DNA of 63,880 nucleotides, filler included, from Vicugna vicugna (lineage: Eukaryota): assembly GCA_013265495.1 (NCBI GenBank). It is 79 parts of 76 records of this genome, joined end to end, with 100 filler letters (N's around TTAATTAATTAA, not from the genome) between each part and the next. Parts side by side here need not be neighbours in the genome. Positions count along the whole stretch, not along the records: positions 12,301 to 13,131 come from PNXW01010209.1; positions 13,232 to 14,277 come from MU059599.1; positions 14,378 to 15,707 come from MU059601.1; positions 15,808 to 16,229 come from PNXW01010232.1; positions 16,330 to 17,046 come from MU059602.1; positions 17,147 to 17,725 come from PNXW01010236.1; positions 17,826 to 18,316 come from MU059603.1; positions 18,417 to 19,191 come from PNXW01010240.1; 71 more parts are not named here. The stretch is one strand, 5' to 3'. The position numbers and the translations under genes were made by a program. The notes under the pieces were generated by a model. That model was not told the origin of the DNA. It saw nothing but the letters and a program-made list of their open reading frames with translations, and searched no databases. This document shows, piece by piece, positions 12,730-25,142 of the stretch. Within the stretch, counting starts at the first letter, position 1. The number at the start of each line of letters is the position of its first letter.

Positions 12730-13131
12730 TTTTGTAATTGAGTAGTTGAGTTACATCATATTAGTTTCAGGTGTGCAACACAGAGGCTCAACATTTTTAT
12801 AGATTATATTCCATTTAAAGTCACCATAAAATAATGGCTATATTTCCCTGTGCTGTATGATGCAGCCCTGTTACCTATCTATTTTATATGTAGCACTTTT
12901 TACCTCTCAATCCCCTACGCCCTTCCTGCCTCCCCTCTCTTCCTTCTACCAATTGGTAACCACCAGTCTGTTCTGTGTACCTGTGAGTCTATTTCTGTTT
13001 TATTATACTCATTAATTTGTTTTATTTTTTAGATATACATATAAGTTAATACATAGAATATTTGTTTTTCTTTCTCTGACTTATTTCACTCAGCATAATA
13101 CCCTGCAGGTCCATCCATGTTATTGCAAATG
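12730..13131 (-). mobile_element. LINE-1 3' end
   Basis: ttagtttcaggtgtgcaaca...tatttccctgtgctgta...tgacttatttcactcagcataata...tccatccatgttattgcaaatg. Confidence 0.85.
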
Positions 13132-13231
13132 NNNNNNNNNNNNNNNNNNNNNNNNNNNNNNNNNNNNNNNNNNNNTTAATTAATTAANNNNNNNNNNNNN
13201 NNNNNNNNNNNNNNNNNNNNNNNNNNNNNNN

Positions 13232-13741
13232 GCCAATACCTTACTGTATCTCTGCTGGGGACTGTGGCTTCCTAACATCATGTGAAGCCAGGGAGGGAGA
13301 CGCCTCCAACTGAGTTCTCCCTTCTCGAGGTTGCTTAGGCTATTCCAGGTTCTTTTTTGTTCCATGCAAATGTTAGGATTTCTTGTTTTTTGTTTCTGTG
13401 AAAGAAAATGCCATTTGGTAGAGTTTGGTAGAGTTCGCAGTTAATGTGTACACTGCTTAGGCTTCGTGAATGTTATAGTAATGTTCTTCTAGGGCATGAG
13501 CACAGCTTTTATTTTGTGTGCGTCCTCTTCAATTTCTCTATCAGTGTTTTCTAACTTTTCATGTGCAGGCCTTTCACATCCTTGGTTCATTTTATTCCTG
13601 GGTTTTATTTTATTTTATTTTTGGTACAATTGTTAAATGGAATTGCTTTATTAATTTATCTTTCTGAAACTTCTTTATTATTGTGTAGAAAGTCAATTGA
13701 TTTTTGTATATTGATATTGTATCATGTAATGTAACTTTACT
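13232..13741 (-). mobile_element. LINE-1 ORF2 relic
   Basis: Reverse L1 text ggctattccaggttcttttttgttccatgcaaat...aaatgccatttgg; minus-frame remnants ISIYKNQLTFYT. Confidence 0.8.
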
Positions 13742-14377
13742 NNNNNNNNNNNNNNNNNNNNNNNNNNNNNNNNNNNNNNNNNNNNNNNNNNNNNNNNNNN
13801 TTTTTTTTATCACATCCAAGTCCTTCACAACAACCAAGACACAGTGGCTTATGAAATTATCTTACGGTGTCTCAATAATATGTAGATTCCTGCAAGGGTG
13901 ATTAGCTTAACCATTTTGGATCAACTGGAAATGGAGAAAGAAGGCTTGGGCTCTATAGTGAAGTTTGACATTTTCTCTGCTTTCCTGTTATGATTTTGAT
14001 ATGTTTGATTTAAAAAAAATTACTTTCCAATAATTTTAAACATACAGAATGTGTGCAGTAGCAGTACAGTGTACTCTTCATCTGTAAGCTCAGGTTTCTC
14101 ACTCATCATTGATGTAGCACGTATGCCACTTCTCATGACAATCTCTAGTGTGTTTTTGCTTTGAGTAGAGACACTCTGTGTCACCACATAACATCCAAAT
14201 GAGGATTCATTATGGTTCTCACTTCATAACGCAGTCCACAGACTCAGTTCCACTGTTGGCACCTGCTCCAGCTGTACNNNNNNNNNNNNNNNNNNNNNNN
14301 NNNNNNNNNNNNNNNNNNNNNTTAATTAATTAANNNNNNNNNNNNNNNNNNNNNNNNNNNNNNNNNNNNNNNNNNNN

Positions 14378-15707
14378 CCCTGTCTTCAAAGACATTCACG
14401 CGTCCCTCTGCAATATCTCGTCAACTTAGGACGGAATGTTAGCCCTGATATGTTCTCATCCACTGAGTTTTCTGAGATTATTTGGCTCGTCTTTAGGCTT
14501 TCTCTTCCCCTTTTCTGGTATTCTGCCTTTTGTGATTCTGAGACACTGTTCTTCTTCAGTGTTNNNNNNNNNNNNNNNNNNNNNNNNNNNNNNNNNNNNN
14601 NNNNNNNNNNNNNNNNNNNNNNNNNNNNNNNNNNNNNNNNNNNNNNNNNNNNNNNNNNNNNNNNNNNNNNNNNNNNNNNNNNNNNNNNNNNNNNNNNNNN
14701 NNNNNNNNNNNNNNNNNNNNNNNNNNNNNNNNNNNNNNNNNNNNNNNNNNNNNNNNNNNNNNNNNNNNNNNNNNNNNNNNNNNNNNNNNNNNNNNNNNNN
14801 NNNNNNNNNNNNNNNNNNNNNNNNNNNNNNNNNNNNNNNNNNNNNNNNNNNNNNNNNNNNNNNNNNNNNNNNNNNNNNNNNNNNNNNNNNNNNNNNNNNN
14901 NNNNNNNNNNNNNNNNNNNNNNNNNNNNNNNNNNNNNNNNNNNNNNNNNNNNNNNNNNNNNNNNNNNNNNNNNNNNNNNNNNNNNNNNNNNNNNNNCTCT
15001 ATGTTATTTTGGAGTGTTTCCAGAAGAGCAGAGTGTGAGTGCGCTTGTGCTTTGTAGTGCCACGGGAATGTCCCACTGAAACCAGTTCTTCCCAGAGCTT
15101 CTCTGTCTACAGAAACCCCAGTGGAAGCATATCTATGGATGTCACACCTCAGGGCCTGTTGGAATGATCCCGCAGCCCGAACTCTTGTACTCGCTGCCGA
15201 ACCATGCCGCTGCCATCCAAAATGTAGCATCCGCTTTTGAGAGATAAACTGAAGGAAATCCTTCCTCTTCTTACGCTGTGGTGTTGGACCACACTTCCTT
15301 GTCCTCTCATCCTTGTTCCACGGGTTCACGAAGGCAACCACAGAGCTGTTGCACATCCTGTGCCTCAAACCAAACCATAATCACAGCCCAGGTTATGAAT
15401 GTAGCAGATCCTAAGGCTTTTCATTCTGAATTCAAACCCAAGGCCCCCTGGATCCCTCAGACCCGATGCACAATATCTCTGATTCAGCCCCACACATGCT
15501 CTATTGGCAAAATGCCAAATAGGTCTCTGGTCCTGCAGATGCACTTGGTGTGGCCATGGGATATATCGATAAATTCAAGTGCGCGCGCCAGGGTTGTTGC
15601 TTGGTCTTTTGGGCCACATGTCGGGTTGCTCTCTTGATAGGACCCGCCACATCCCACAACGAACTCCACATCCCTGAGACTCAGCGTGTGCCACCATCCG
15701 TAGCCCT
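14378..15707 (+). repeat. Multi-copy segment F, copy 1 (gapped)
   Basis: Collinear homology with 41179-42066 (same strand) and 16330-17046 (reverse). Confidence 0.85.
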
Positions 15708-16329
15708 NNNNNNNNNNNNNNNNNNNNNNNNNNNNNNNNNNNNNNNNNNNNTTAATTAATTAANNNNNNNNNNNNNNNNNNNNNNNNNNNNNNNNNNNNN
15801 NNNNNNNAATTGAACAATGAAAACTCAAGAAAGGGAAATTCGTGATTAACAAACCAACTGGAAACACATGGAGAGCAAAGGCCTAGAAATTACAGTTCCT
15901 TTACCTCTGCTACTAACTCAATAGGAGAGGAAATTCCTCACTGAGGGGACAGTGGAATCCCATGCATAAGACAGGATACACAGTACAAACTGCAGTAGTA
16001 TCGGGCGTGAATTCCTTAGAAGAATTCTAAAGTTACAACATTGCTGAAAAACCATAAAAACACTGACAGACAGATTAAAACACACAGTCATATATATTAC
16101 ATAGAAACATATGAAGCCTGCTCCCATGTTGCATAGAAATACAAACATATTTGTTCATTTATAGGCACTGATTACTTTATAGTGGAATATTTCAACTAAA
16201 ACAAAAAATCAATACTACACTCCTCTTGTNNNNNNNNNNNNNNNNNNNNNNNNNNNNNNNNNNNNNNNNNNNNTTAATTAATTAANNNNNNNNNNNNNNN
16301 NNNNNNNNNNNNNNNNNNNNNNNNNNNNN

Positions 16330-17046
16330 TGGCAATACAAAGCACAAGCGCACTCACACTCTGCTCTTCTGGAATACTTCAAAATAACATAGAGTAGAAT
16401 GCAGATCTGAGAATCTTTAGAAGCTCCATTTCCACCGGAGGAAGTGTCCTGTGCTCTTTAAGATTTGTGAGATAAGCGTAATCAAAATGAGGTTATCCTA
16501 ATCGAAATAGTATGGGGTTTTCATCACAAAAAAGGCAACACAATCAATTGGAGACAGACCAGACATCACACACAGGAACAGGACATGGCATCAATTTCTA
16601 GGAAAATTTGTCCTCACAGAAATCCCATGCAATTGTGTAGAGCCAAGAGTCTAAACTTTTCACTAAACAAAGCCCTAGAAGTCTACANNNNNNNNNNNNN
16701 NNNNNNNNNNNNNNNNNNNNNNNNNNNAGAAATACAGTAAAAGGAAAAGGAAGTACCATTTTCAGTTCCAAAGAGATTGAAGGCCCTAAAGATAAGCTTT
16801 CAGACAACTAGACTGCAAAACGCTCTCCAGAGCAAGTATTGAAAATGGAAGTGAGGGAAACACTGAAGAACAACAGTGTCTCAGAATCGCAAAAGGCAGA
16901 ATACCAGAAAAGGGGAAGAGAAAACTTAAAGACGAGCCAAAAATTTTCAGAATACTTGTTATGAGAAAATATCAGTTCAAACATTCCGCCCTAAGCAGAC
17001 TAGATGTTGCAGAGGGACGCGTGAATGACTTTGAAGACAGGGGAAC
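16330..17046 (-). repeat. Multi-copy segment F, copy 2
   Basis: aaaaggcagaataccagaaaaggggaagagaaa and caaagcacaagcgcactc are reverse complements of copy 1 landmarks. Confidence 0.85.
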
Positions 17047-17146
17047 NNNNNNNNNNNNNNNNNNNNNNNNNNNNNNNNNNNNNNNNNNNNTTAATTAATT
17101 AANNNNNNNNNNNNNNNNNNNNNNNNNNNNNNNNNNNNNNNNNNNN

Positions 17147-17725
17147 CTTCCCCAACAGGGAACACCTGTGACTTAAGAGAGCTGCGTGGAGATGCCTCTC
17201 GAGCTCCGCCACGCACTGACAATGGTTCCGAAATCTTGAGCGTGCGGAGGTTCCACCAACGGTCGGCAGCGCGTGGGGTCTAACGGAATGCCTAAGCTCG
17301 TCTGCCCTGAGGGTTTTCCTAATATCTCTGTGCCAGGGAATGCTAGGGGTGATTTCAGGATATCCCAGTGTCAGAGGCTGCCTCCCCAAGGTCAGGGAAG
17401 TTATTTCTCGGACTTCCCCAACAGGGAACACCTGTGAATTAAGAGAGCTGCGTGGAGATGCCTCTCGAGCTCCGCCACGCACTGACAATGGTTCCGGAAT
17501 CATGAGCGCGGGGAAGTTCCACCAAATGTCGGCAGCGCGTGGGTTCTAACGGAAAGCCTAAGCTCGTCTCCCCTGACTGTTTTCCTAATGTCCCTGTGCC
17601 AGGGAAAGCTAGGGGGGTTTGCAGGATATCCCAGTGTCAGAGGCTGCCTCCCCAAGGTCAGGGAATGTATTCCCGGGCTTCCCCAAACAGGGAACACCTG
17701 TGACCTAAGAGAGCGGCGTGGAGTT
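17147..17725. repeat. Satellite family A, ~2.2 monomers
   Basis: gggaacacctgtga at 17158, 17424 and 17690 (266-bp period). Confidence 0.95.
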
Positions 17726-17975
17726 NNNNNNNNNNNNNNNNNNNNNNNNNNNNNNNNNNNNNNNNNNNNTTAATTAATTAANNNNNNNNNNNNNNNNNNN
17801 NNNNNNNNNNNNNNNNNNNNNNNNNTAGGACACCCAACATCCTGAAATTGTCCCCCTCACCTCTCAGACAGGTCATTTCCACACTTGTCGGGCCCCACAC
17901 CTCTCAACCTATACCCCCACACCATGGGATCCCCTTCAATCTGAGTGCACCCCTACCCTGAGCTCACTCACTCAC

Positions 17976-18268
17976 CCCTCACCCTGTGGTTGGGGTGGGG
18001 AAATCCGTGCTCCAGTAATGATGACTGCTGCCACCAGTGGGGGATCCAGCCTAGTGTGCAACTTCATAGTTAATGTCTGAGGCTACAGGGTGAGGCAGGC
18101 TGGGCTGAAGGTGGTTCCAATTCCCTCCTTGGCACCCTGATCCCCGCAGCCTGTGCCTCAACTTACCCGATGGGTCAGGTTGATCCCAGGCTGCCAGNNN
18201 NNNNNNNNNNNNNNNNNNNNNCTGATGGTGATCTGGACCCCTAGGGCGGAGGCCCTGGGCAAGCAGAC
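17976..18268 (-). CDS. Candidate two-exon gene fragment, product unknown
   Basis: Exon 18268-18167 (ccccatag| ... CGG|gtaagt, 102 nt including 24 N), 84-nt intron, exon from 18082 (ccctgtag|) to gtgag donors at 17982 or 17975; frame VCLPRASALGVQITI..WQPGINLTHR|PQTLTMKLHTRLDPPLVAAVIITG is open. Confidence 0.35.
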
Positions 18269-18416
18269 CTATGGGGTGGGGGAGTTCAGAGTTTGCACTT
18301 GATCCCAGGGGTAGACNNNNNNNNNNNNNNNNNNNNNNNNNNNNNNNNNNNNNNNNNNNNTTAATTAATTAANNNNNNNNNNNNNNNNNNNNNNNNNNNN
18401 NNNNNNNNNNNNNNNN

Positions 18417-19191
18417 GCAGGAAATACAATCCGGCCCTAAGAAAAAGACTGAGAAACCAGAATATGTGTTTCCCCTGCAAACAGTTCCCCTTGTGCTGGA
18501 TGAATGAACGTCTCTACACATGCTCAGTTCTGAGAGATAAGTGTGTGTGAAAGCCGTCCTTAAACTACCTTGAAGGGAACACAAAGTTCCTTGTCATTTG
18601 CAAACTCCATTATACATATATATGGGGAGGAACTAACTTCAACTCGGTTATACAGTGCAAACCGCAGGAACATCCAACCGGCACTAGGAAACAGACTGAG
18701 AAACCAGAGTAAGTGTTTCTCCTGCAACCCGTTCCCTTTGTGCTGGATGAATGAAAATCTCTTCAAATGCTCAGTTCTGAGAGATATGTGTGTGTGAAAG
18801 CCGTCCTTCACCTAGCTTGAAGGGAACACATAGTTTCTTCTCACTTGCAAACTCCATTGCACACATATATATGGGGAGGAACAAGTTCCAACACGGTTTT
18901 ACAGTGCAAACCGCAGGAACTTCAAACTTGCACTAGGAAACAGACTGAGAAAGCAGACAAAGGGTTTCTCCTGCAACCCGATCCCTTTGTGCTGGATGAA
19001 CGAACGTCTCTCCACATGCTCAGTTCTGAGAGATAAGTGTGTGTGAAAGCCGTCCTTCACCTAGCTTGAAGGGAACACAAAGTTTCTTTTAAGTTGCAAA
19101 CTCCACACCATACATATATATAGGGAGGTACAAGCTCAAAACTCGATTTTACAGTGCAAACAGCAGGAACTTCAAACCGGCACTAGGAAAC
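18417..19191. repeat. Tandem repeat family E, ~248-bp monomer, ~3.1 copies
   Basis: aagccgtcctt at 18551, 18798 and 19047 (spacings 247 and 249); monomers align throughout. Confidence 0.93.
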
Positions 19192-19314
19192 NNNNNNNNN
19201 NNNNNNNNNNNNNNNNNNNNNNNNNNNNNNNNNNNTTAATTAATTAANNNNNNNNNNNNNNNNNNNNNNNNNNNNNNNNNNNNNNNNNNNNGGATCACAG
19301 AGAAAAGAAACAAG

Positions 19315-19540
19315 GCTTGTTGAGTGTCCTGCTCTGGGTTAGATACCATGTTATGTACTTGGCATTTGTTACCTCGAACAGTCACAACAGCTTTGCAGAG
19401 TAGCTGTGCTGTTACAGCTTACTGTTAGTTAACTAGGCAACTGTAGCTTAAGGAGGTTGACTAGTTGACCCATGATTCCATGGTTAGCATAGTAGTTGAC
19501 CTGTGACTTGACCATCAGGCAGCCTGGCTCCCAAATCTGC
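19315..19540 (-). mobile_element. MIR SINE relic
   Basis: ttgagtgtcctgctctggg...cacaacagctttgcagagtag...gcttaaggaggttgactagttgaccc...caggcagcctggctcccaaa. Confidence 0.55.
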
Positions 19541-20291
19541 TTTCTTATCCCTCAGCATAGACTTTTATGACTTGTTTGTTTAAAGAAATGAACTCACTCA
19601 TTTTTGATGTGTATTTTTGCTCCAAAGAGTTTCACNNNNNNNNNNNNNNNNNNNNNNNNNNNNNNNNNNNNNNNNNNNNNNNNNNNNNNNNNNNNNNNNN
19701 NNNNNATTAATTTTTCTGCTCTGAATTTAGTTTTGTGTAGTATTTACTCTTAAAATTTAGCAGTGGTCTGCCTCTCATTGTTTTATGTTTGTGTTAGAAA
19801 GTTGGTCAGAATAAACCATTTTATAAAAATATGGCAGGTTGATTTTTTTCTTTTTCTTTTTNNNNNNNNNNNNNNNNNNNNNNNNNNNNNNNNNNNNNNN
19901 NNNNNTTAATTAATTAANNNNNNNNNNNNNNNNNNNNNNNNNNNNNNNNNNNNNNNNNNNNTTTATTTGGTGTATTTAGAGAGGTTAATCACATCAAATA
20001 ACTACAATTACACTGTGACACACATTGTAATTTAGAATGAACAGTGTGTGGAGCTCAGTAAGTATGCCTGAAGAGGTCAGAGATTTCAGAGAATGTGACA
20101 TTTTAACTTAAAAAAAAATCTCAGCCTTTATTCTGATAAGAATTTGCAATCATTTCTAGTATGAATTTTTTAAATTATTGCATTTTACTGTCACTGGAGA
20201 GTAACATGATTGAAAGGAAATGAGAGATATCAGGATGGGGCAGGAAAATGTCAGAGAGCAAAGCAGATCCACCAAATCTTTTCCTGTCCAC

Positions 20292-20453
20292 GTGTTAAAC
20301 TGAACAAAATTTTGTGTGCCCAATGCACAATGAGGCTAAACAAACAGATACATCGGAGTTTGGAGGAGAGAAAGGTTTATTGCAGGGATAAAGAAGGAAG
20401 ATGCGTGCCCCACACCCCCAAAACTCAAATTCCCTGAAAATTTTGGGGGAAAA
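20292..20453 (-). mobile_element. ERV1-type LTR end
   Basis: tgtta...tgtgcccaatgcacaatgaggctaaacaaac...tcggagtttggaggagagaaaggtttattgcaggg; includes a reverse AATAAA, resembles laurasiatherian ERV1 LTRs. Confidence 0.6.
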
Positions 20454-20553
20454 NNNNNNNNNNNNNNNNNNNNNNNNNNNNNNNNNNNNNNNNNNNNTTA
20501 ATTAATTAANNNNNNNNNNNNNNNNNNNNNNNNNNNNNNNNNNNNNNNNNNNN

Positions 20554-21145
20554 TCACACTTTGATCCCACAAAAACCCTCTTAGAGCGAATTCTACCCAA
20601 GAGATATGTAATTTGAAAAGATTCCATGTACAAGATATTCCGTGTTTCGTGCATGCTATATACATGACCGATTCGACAAACATGCATTCCTGAGTTGAGG
20701 TCATCTGGATTACCAGTCTTTCATCCTCTATAAAAGGAATATTTTCATCTAGACACGTGTACACATTTTAACATGCTTTCCTTAACACCTAATATGCTTT
20801 CCTCTAATTCGTGCATTTTTCACAGAAAAATTGTTCTCGAGCGATTTCCACCTAATAGGTATGTAATTTACATGAATTCCATCAACATGGCATTCCGGGT
20901 TCTGTACATGATCCATGCATGACGGATTCTACAATCATGCATTTCTGACTTGTGAGCATGTGGATTACTGACCCTTCATCTTCCGAACAAGGCGTATATA
21001 GACTTAGATATGTTTCCTCTGACTCATAGGTTTTTCCTATCACCAGGATCTAAAATCGGACATTTGGCACCAGAAAACACTCTTTGAGCGAATTCTCACC
21101 AATACACACGTAATTTTCATTGTTTACATAACCATGGCGTTCCGT
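20554..21145. repeat. Satellite family C
   Basis: Same landmarks and order as 8540-9137. Confidence 0.9.
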
Positions 21146-21245
21146 NNNNNNNNNNNNNNNNNNNNNNNNNNNNNNNNNNNNNNNNNNNNTTAATTAATTA
21201 ANNNNNNNNNNNNNNNNNNNNNNNNNNNNNNNNNNNNNNNNNNNN

Positions 21246-21953
21246 ATTCCATCTACATGATATTCCGTGTTCATTACATGCTACATACATGACTGATTTG
21301 ACAAACATGCATTCCTGAGTTGAGAGCATCTGGATTACTAATCTTTCATCCTCTATAAAAGGAATATTCATCTAGACCTGTGTACACATTTTCACAAGCT
21401 TTCCCTACACCAGTTTCAAATTCGTGCTTTATTCACAGAAAAAGGATTCTGGGGCGATTTGCACCTAACAGATATGCAATTTACATGAATTCCAACAACA
21501 TGGCCATCCCGGGTTCCTTACATGCTACATGTATGACGGATTCGGCATTCATGCATTTCTGACGTGTGAGCATGTGGCTTAATGACCTTTCCTCCACCGA
21601 TATAGGCGTATATAGACTTAGAAATATTTACTGTGACTTCATATGTTTTTCCTATCTCCAGGTTCTAAAATCGGACATTTGGCACCAGAAAACACTCTTT
21701 GAGCGAATTCTCACCAATACAAATGTAATTTNNNNNNNNNNNNNNNNNNNNNNNNNNNNNNNNNNNNNNNNNNNNNNNNNNNNNNNNNNNNNNNNNNNNA
21801 TTCCACAAACATGCATTTCTGACTTGTGAACATGTGGATGACTGATTTTTCAACCACCAAACTAGGTTCCTATGCACTTTGAAATATTTACTTTGACTTT
21901 ATAGCTTATTTCTATCACCAGTTTCAAGAATCACACTTTGATCCCAGAAAAAC
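21246..21953. repeat. Satellite family C (gapped)
   Basis: Same landmarks. Confidence 0.9.
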
Positions 21954-22550
21954 NNNNNNNNNNNNNNNNNNNNNNNNNNNNNNNNNNNNNNNNNNNNTTA
22001 ATTAATTAANNNNNNNNNNNNNNNNNNNNNNNNNNNNNNNNNNNNNNNNNNNNATAAATGGAGATGAAATTTATCACAGCAATGGAGCCCATGCACCACA
22101 GAATATTTGGGTTTAATCTCAGCTGCTAGCACTTACCAAGTACAAACGCAGGCAGTCTCCCTTTGCTCATTTATACAACAGTGGATGATTAAGGAAAGCC
22201 GACTCTTGCCTCCTCTACACCACTGGTCTTATCAGAATGCTTTCTTCCAGGCGGCAGCACCCCAGGCTTGGCAGCATCTCTACAACCTGGCTGGTGCTGA
22301 ATGGACACAGCAGCTCAGAGAACAAAGGCAAGAGCATTATGTAACCACATCTATAATTAAGGCTACAGGTAAAAAGTATGTTACTTTGAAACCAAGACCA
22401 CTTTTTGGCCAGGTAACAGTGCAAATTACATCACAGACCTTCTATTCTAANNNNNNNNNNNNNNNNNNNNNNNNNNNNNNNNNNNNNNNNNNNNTTAATT
22501 AATTAANNNNNNNNNNNNNNNNNNNNNNNNNNNNNNNNNNNNNNNNNNNN

Positions 22551-22700
22551 AGTTGGGGAAGATAAAAAAGTTCTGGAGATGGATGGTGATCATGGATGCA
22601 CAACAATGTGAATGCACTCAATGCCACAGAACTGCACCCTCAAAAATGAGTAAAATAAAAAATTTTTATGTTGCATACATTTTATAATTTTGAAATTAAA
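22551..22700 (+). mobile_element. L1MB-type 3' terminus
   Basis: aaaaagttctggagatggatggtgat..gatgcacaacaatgtgaatgcactcaatgccacagaactg. Confidence 0.8.
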
Positions 22701-23167
22701 ATGGAAAATGTTGGACGCACTTCACAAAGATTGAGTTCTAAAATTTCAAGGCCACCTTAAAAAGTGATCATTGCTATCTGCAGGAAGAAAAACAAACAAT
22801 AGTACATTTTACTATGTTTAAATCTGTTTCTGTCTATCCATCCATCTATCTATATGAGTGAGTGAATAAATGGTGAAATACAATGGGGAAAAGTACATCT
22901 GAATCATCATTGCAGGACTTCAGTGTTGTAGGCAGAGTTTGCTCTATAAGACCCAAGAAAAAGAAGAAATAACATGGGAAGTATGAGCATATATACATAT
23001 ACATACACACACACACACACATACATATATATTAATTTATACGTATGGAACAGTGAAGCCATGTTAANNNNNNNNNNNNNNNNNNNNNNNNNNNNNNNNN
23101 NNNNNNNNNNNTTAATTAATTAANNNNNNNNNNNNNNNNNNNNNNNNNNNNNNNNNNNNNNNNNNNN

Positions 23168-24392
23168 AAGAGAGCTGCGTGGAGTTTTCTCTCGAGATCC
23201 CTAACGCACTGACAATGTTTCCGGAGTCCTGAGCGTGTGGAGGTTCCCCCAACGGTCAGCAGCGCGTGGGTTTTAACGGAATGCCTAAGCTCGTCTCCCC
23301 TGAGGGTTTTCCTAATATTTCTGTGCCAGGGAATGCTAGGGGTGTTTGCTGGGTATCCCATTGACAGAGGCTTCCCCCCCAAGTTCAGGGAATTTCTTTC
23401 TCGGACTTCCCCGTACAGGGAACACCTGTGACTGAAGAGAGCTGCGTGGAGTTGTTTCTCGAGCTCCCCCACGCACTGAAACTGGTTCCGGAATTCTGTG
23501 CGTGGGGAGGTTCCACCAACGGTCNNNNNNNNNNNNNNNNNNNNNNNNNNNNNNNNNNNNNNNNNNNNNNNNNNNNNNNNNNNNNNNNNNNNNNNNNNNN
23601 NNNNNNNNNNNNNNNNNNNNNNNNNNNNNNNNNNNNNNNNNNNNNNNNNNNNNNNNNNNNNNNNNNNNNNNNNGGAAGGTATTTCTCGGACTTCCTCGTT
23701 CAGGGAACACCTGTGACTGAAGAGAGCTGCGTGGAGTTTTCTCTCCTGTTCCCCCACGCACTGACAACGTTTCCTGAATCCTGAGCGTGCGGAGGTTCCA
23801 CCAAAGCTCGTCAGAGCGTGGGTTCTATTGGAATGCCTAAGCTCGTCTCCCCTTAGGGTTTTCCTAACATTTCTGTGCCAGGGAATGCTAGGGGTGTTTG
23901 CTGGGTATCCCATTGACAGAGGCTTCCCCCCCAAGTTCAGGGAATTTCTTTCTCGGACTTCCCCGTACAGGGAACACCTGTGACTGAAGAGAGCTGCGTG
24001 GAGTTGTTTCTCGAGCTCCCCCACGCACTGAAACTGGTTCCGGAATTCTGTGCGTGGGGAGGTTCCACCAACGGTCNNNNNNNNNNNNNNNNNNNNNNNN
24101 NNNNNNNNNNNNNNNNNNNNNNNNNNNNNNNNNNNNNNNNNNNNNNNNNNNNNNNNNNNNNNNNNNNNNNNNNNNNNNNNNNNNNNNNNNNNNNNNNNNN
24201 NNNNNNNNNNNNNNNNNNNNNNNNNNNNNNNNNNNNNNNNNNNNNNNNNNNNNNNNNNNNNNNNNCTGGAACTCCACACTGACAATATTTCCAGAATCCT
24301 GAGTGTGGGGAGGTTCCACCAACGGTCGGCAGCGCGTGGGTTCTAACGGAATGCCTAAGCTCGTTTCCCCTGAGTATTTTCCTAACCTAATT
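23168..24392. repeat. Satellite family A (gapped)
   Basis: agagctgcgtggag at 23171 and 23438 (267-bp period). Confidence 0.95.
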
Positions 24393-24492
24393 NNNNNNNN
24401 NNNNNNNNNNNNNNNNNNNNNNNNNNNNNNNNNNNNTTAATTAATTAANNNNNNNNNNNNNNNNNNNNNNNNNNNNNNNNNNNNNNNNNNNN

Positions 24493-24553
24493 TCTCTGTG
24501 CCAGGAAATGCAAGGGGTAATTGCAGGATATCCCAGTGTCAGAGGCTGCCTCC
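24493..24553. repeat. Satellite family A, 61-bp orphan fragment
   Basis: tctctgtgccagg...gcaggatatcccagtgtcagaggctgcctcc. Confidence 0.9.
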
Positions 24554-25040
24554 NNNNNNNNNNNNNNNNNNNNNNNNNNNNNNNNNNNNNNNNNNNNTTA
24601 ATTAATTAANNNNNNNNNNNNNNNNNNNNNNNNNNNNNNNNNNNNNNNNNNNNCAAATGTACAACAATGAAATCAGAAAGTGCCAAAAGAAAATGTTCAT
24701 TTCTGTTATTCTGATCCCCTGACAAGGAAGACTTCTTAAGCGTAAACACAGAAGCAGAAAACATAAAGAAAGAGGTTGACAGAGTTTACTGGCAAAAATT
24801 AACTTGTACCTTTAACAATCAAGAACCCAAAGCAAATAAATTGAAAACATTAAGCCCACTTATAAGCCAGCTGGGGGGCTCGATATTATACTTAATGTAA
24901 CAGATTTCTCACAGGAGTGTGAAAAAGAATAATTCAATTAAAATGGGTAAAAAATATAATCAAATAAGTCACTAACAGAAAAATTTAAGGGCACTAAACA
25001 TGAAAAATAATCAACCTTGCTTTCAAGCAAAAAAAAAAAT

Positions 25041-25142
25041 GAGTGTGTGGGAAGGGATAAATTTGGGAGTTTAAGATTTGCAAATGTTAACCACGATAAT
25101 ATATATATAAATAGATAAAAAACCAAATATCTTCTGAATAGC
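25041..25142 (+). mobile_element. 5'-truncated L1 3' UTR
   Basis: gggaagggataaatttgggagtttaagatttgcaaatgttaacc...ttctgaatagc. Confidence 0.7.

Noticed and set aside
23116..24285. Repeated 89-aa peptide (TVGGTSPRSGFRNHCQCVGELE...) seen in several ORFs
   Set aside because: 267 is divisible by 3, so satellite A monomers translate in frame; stops occur in other copies and strands.
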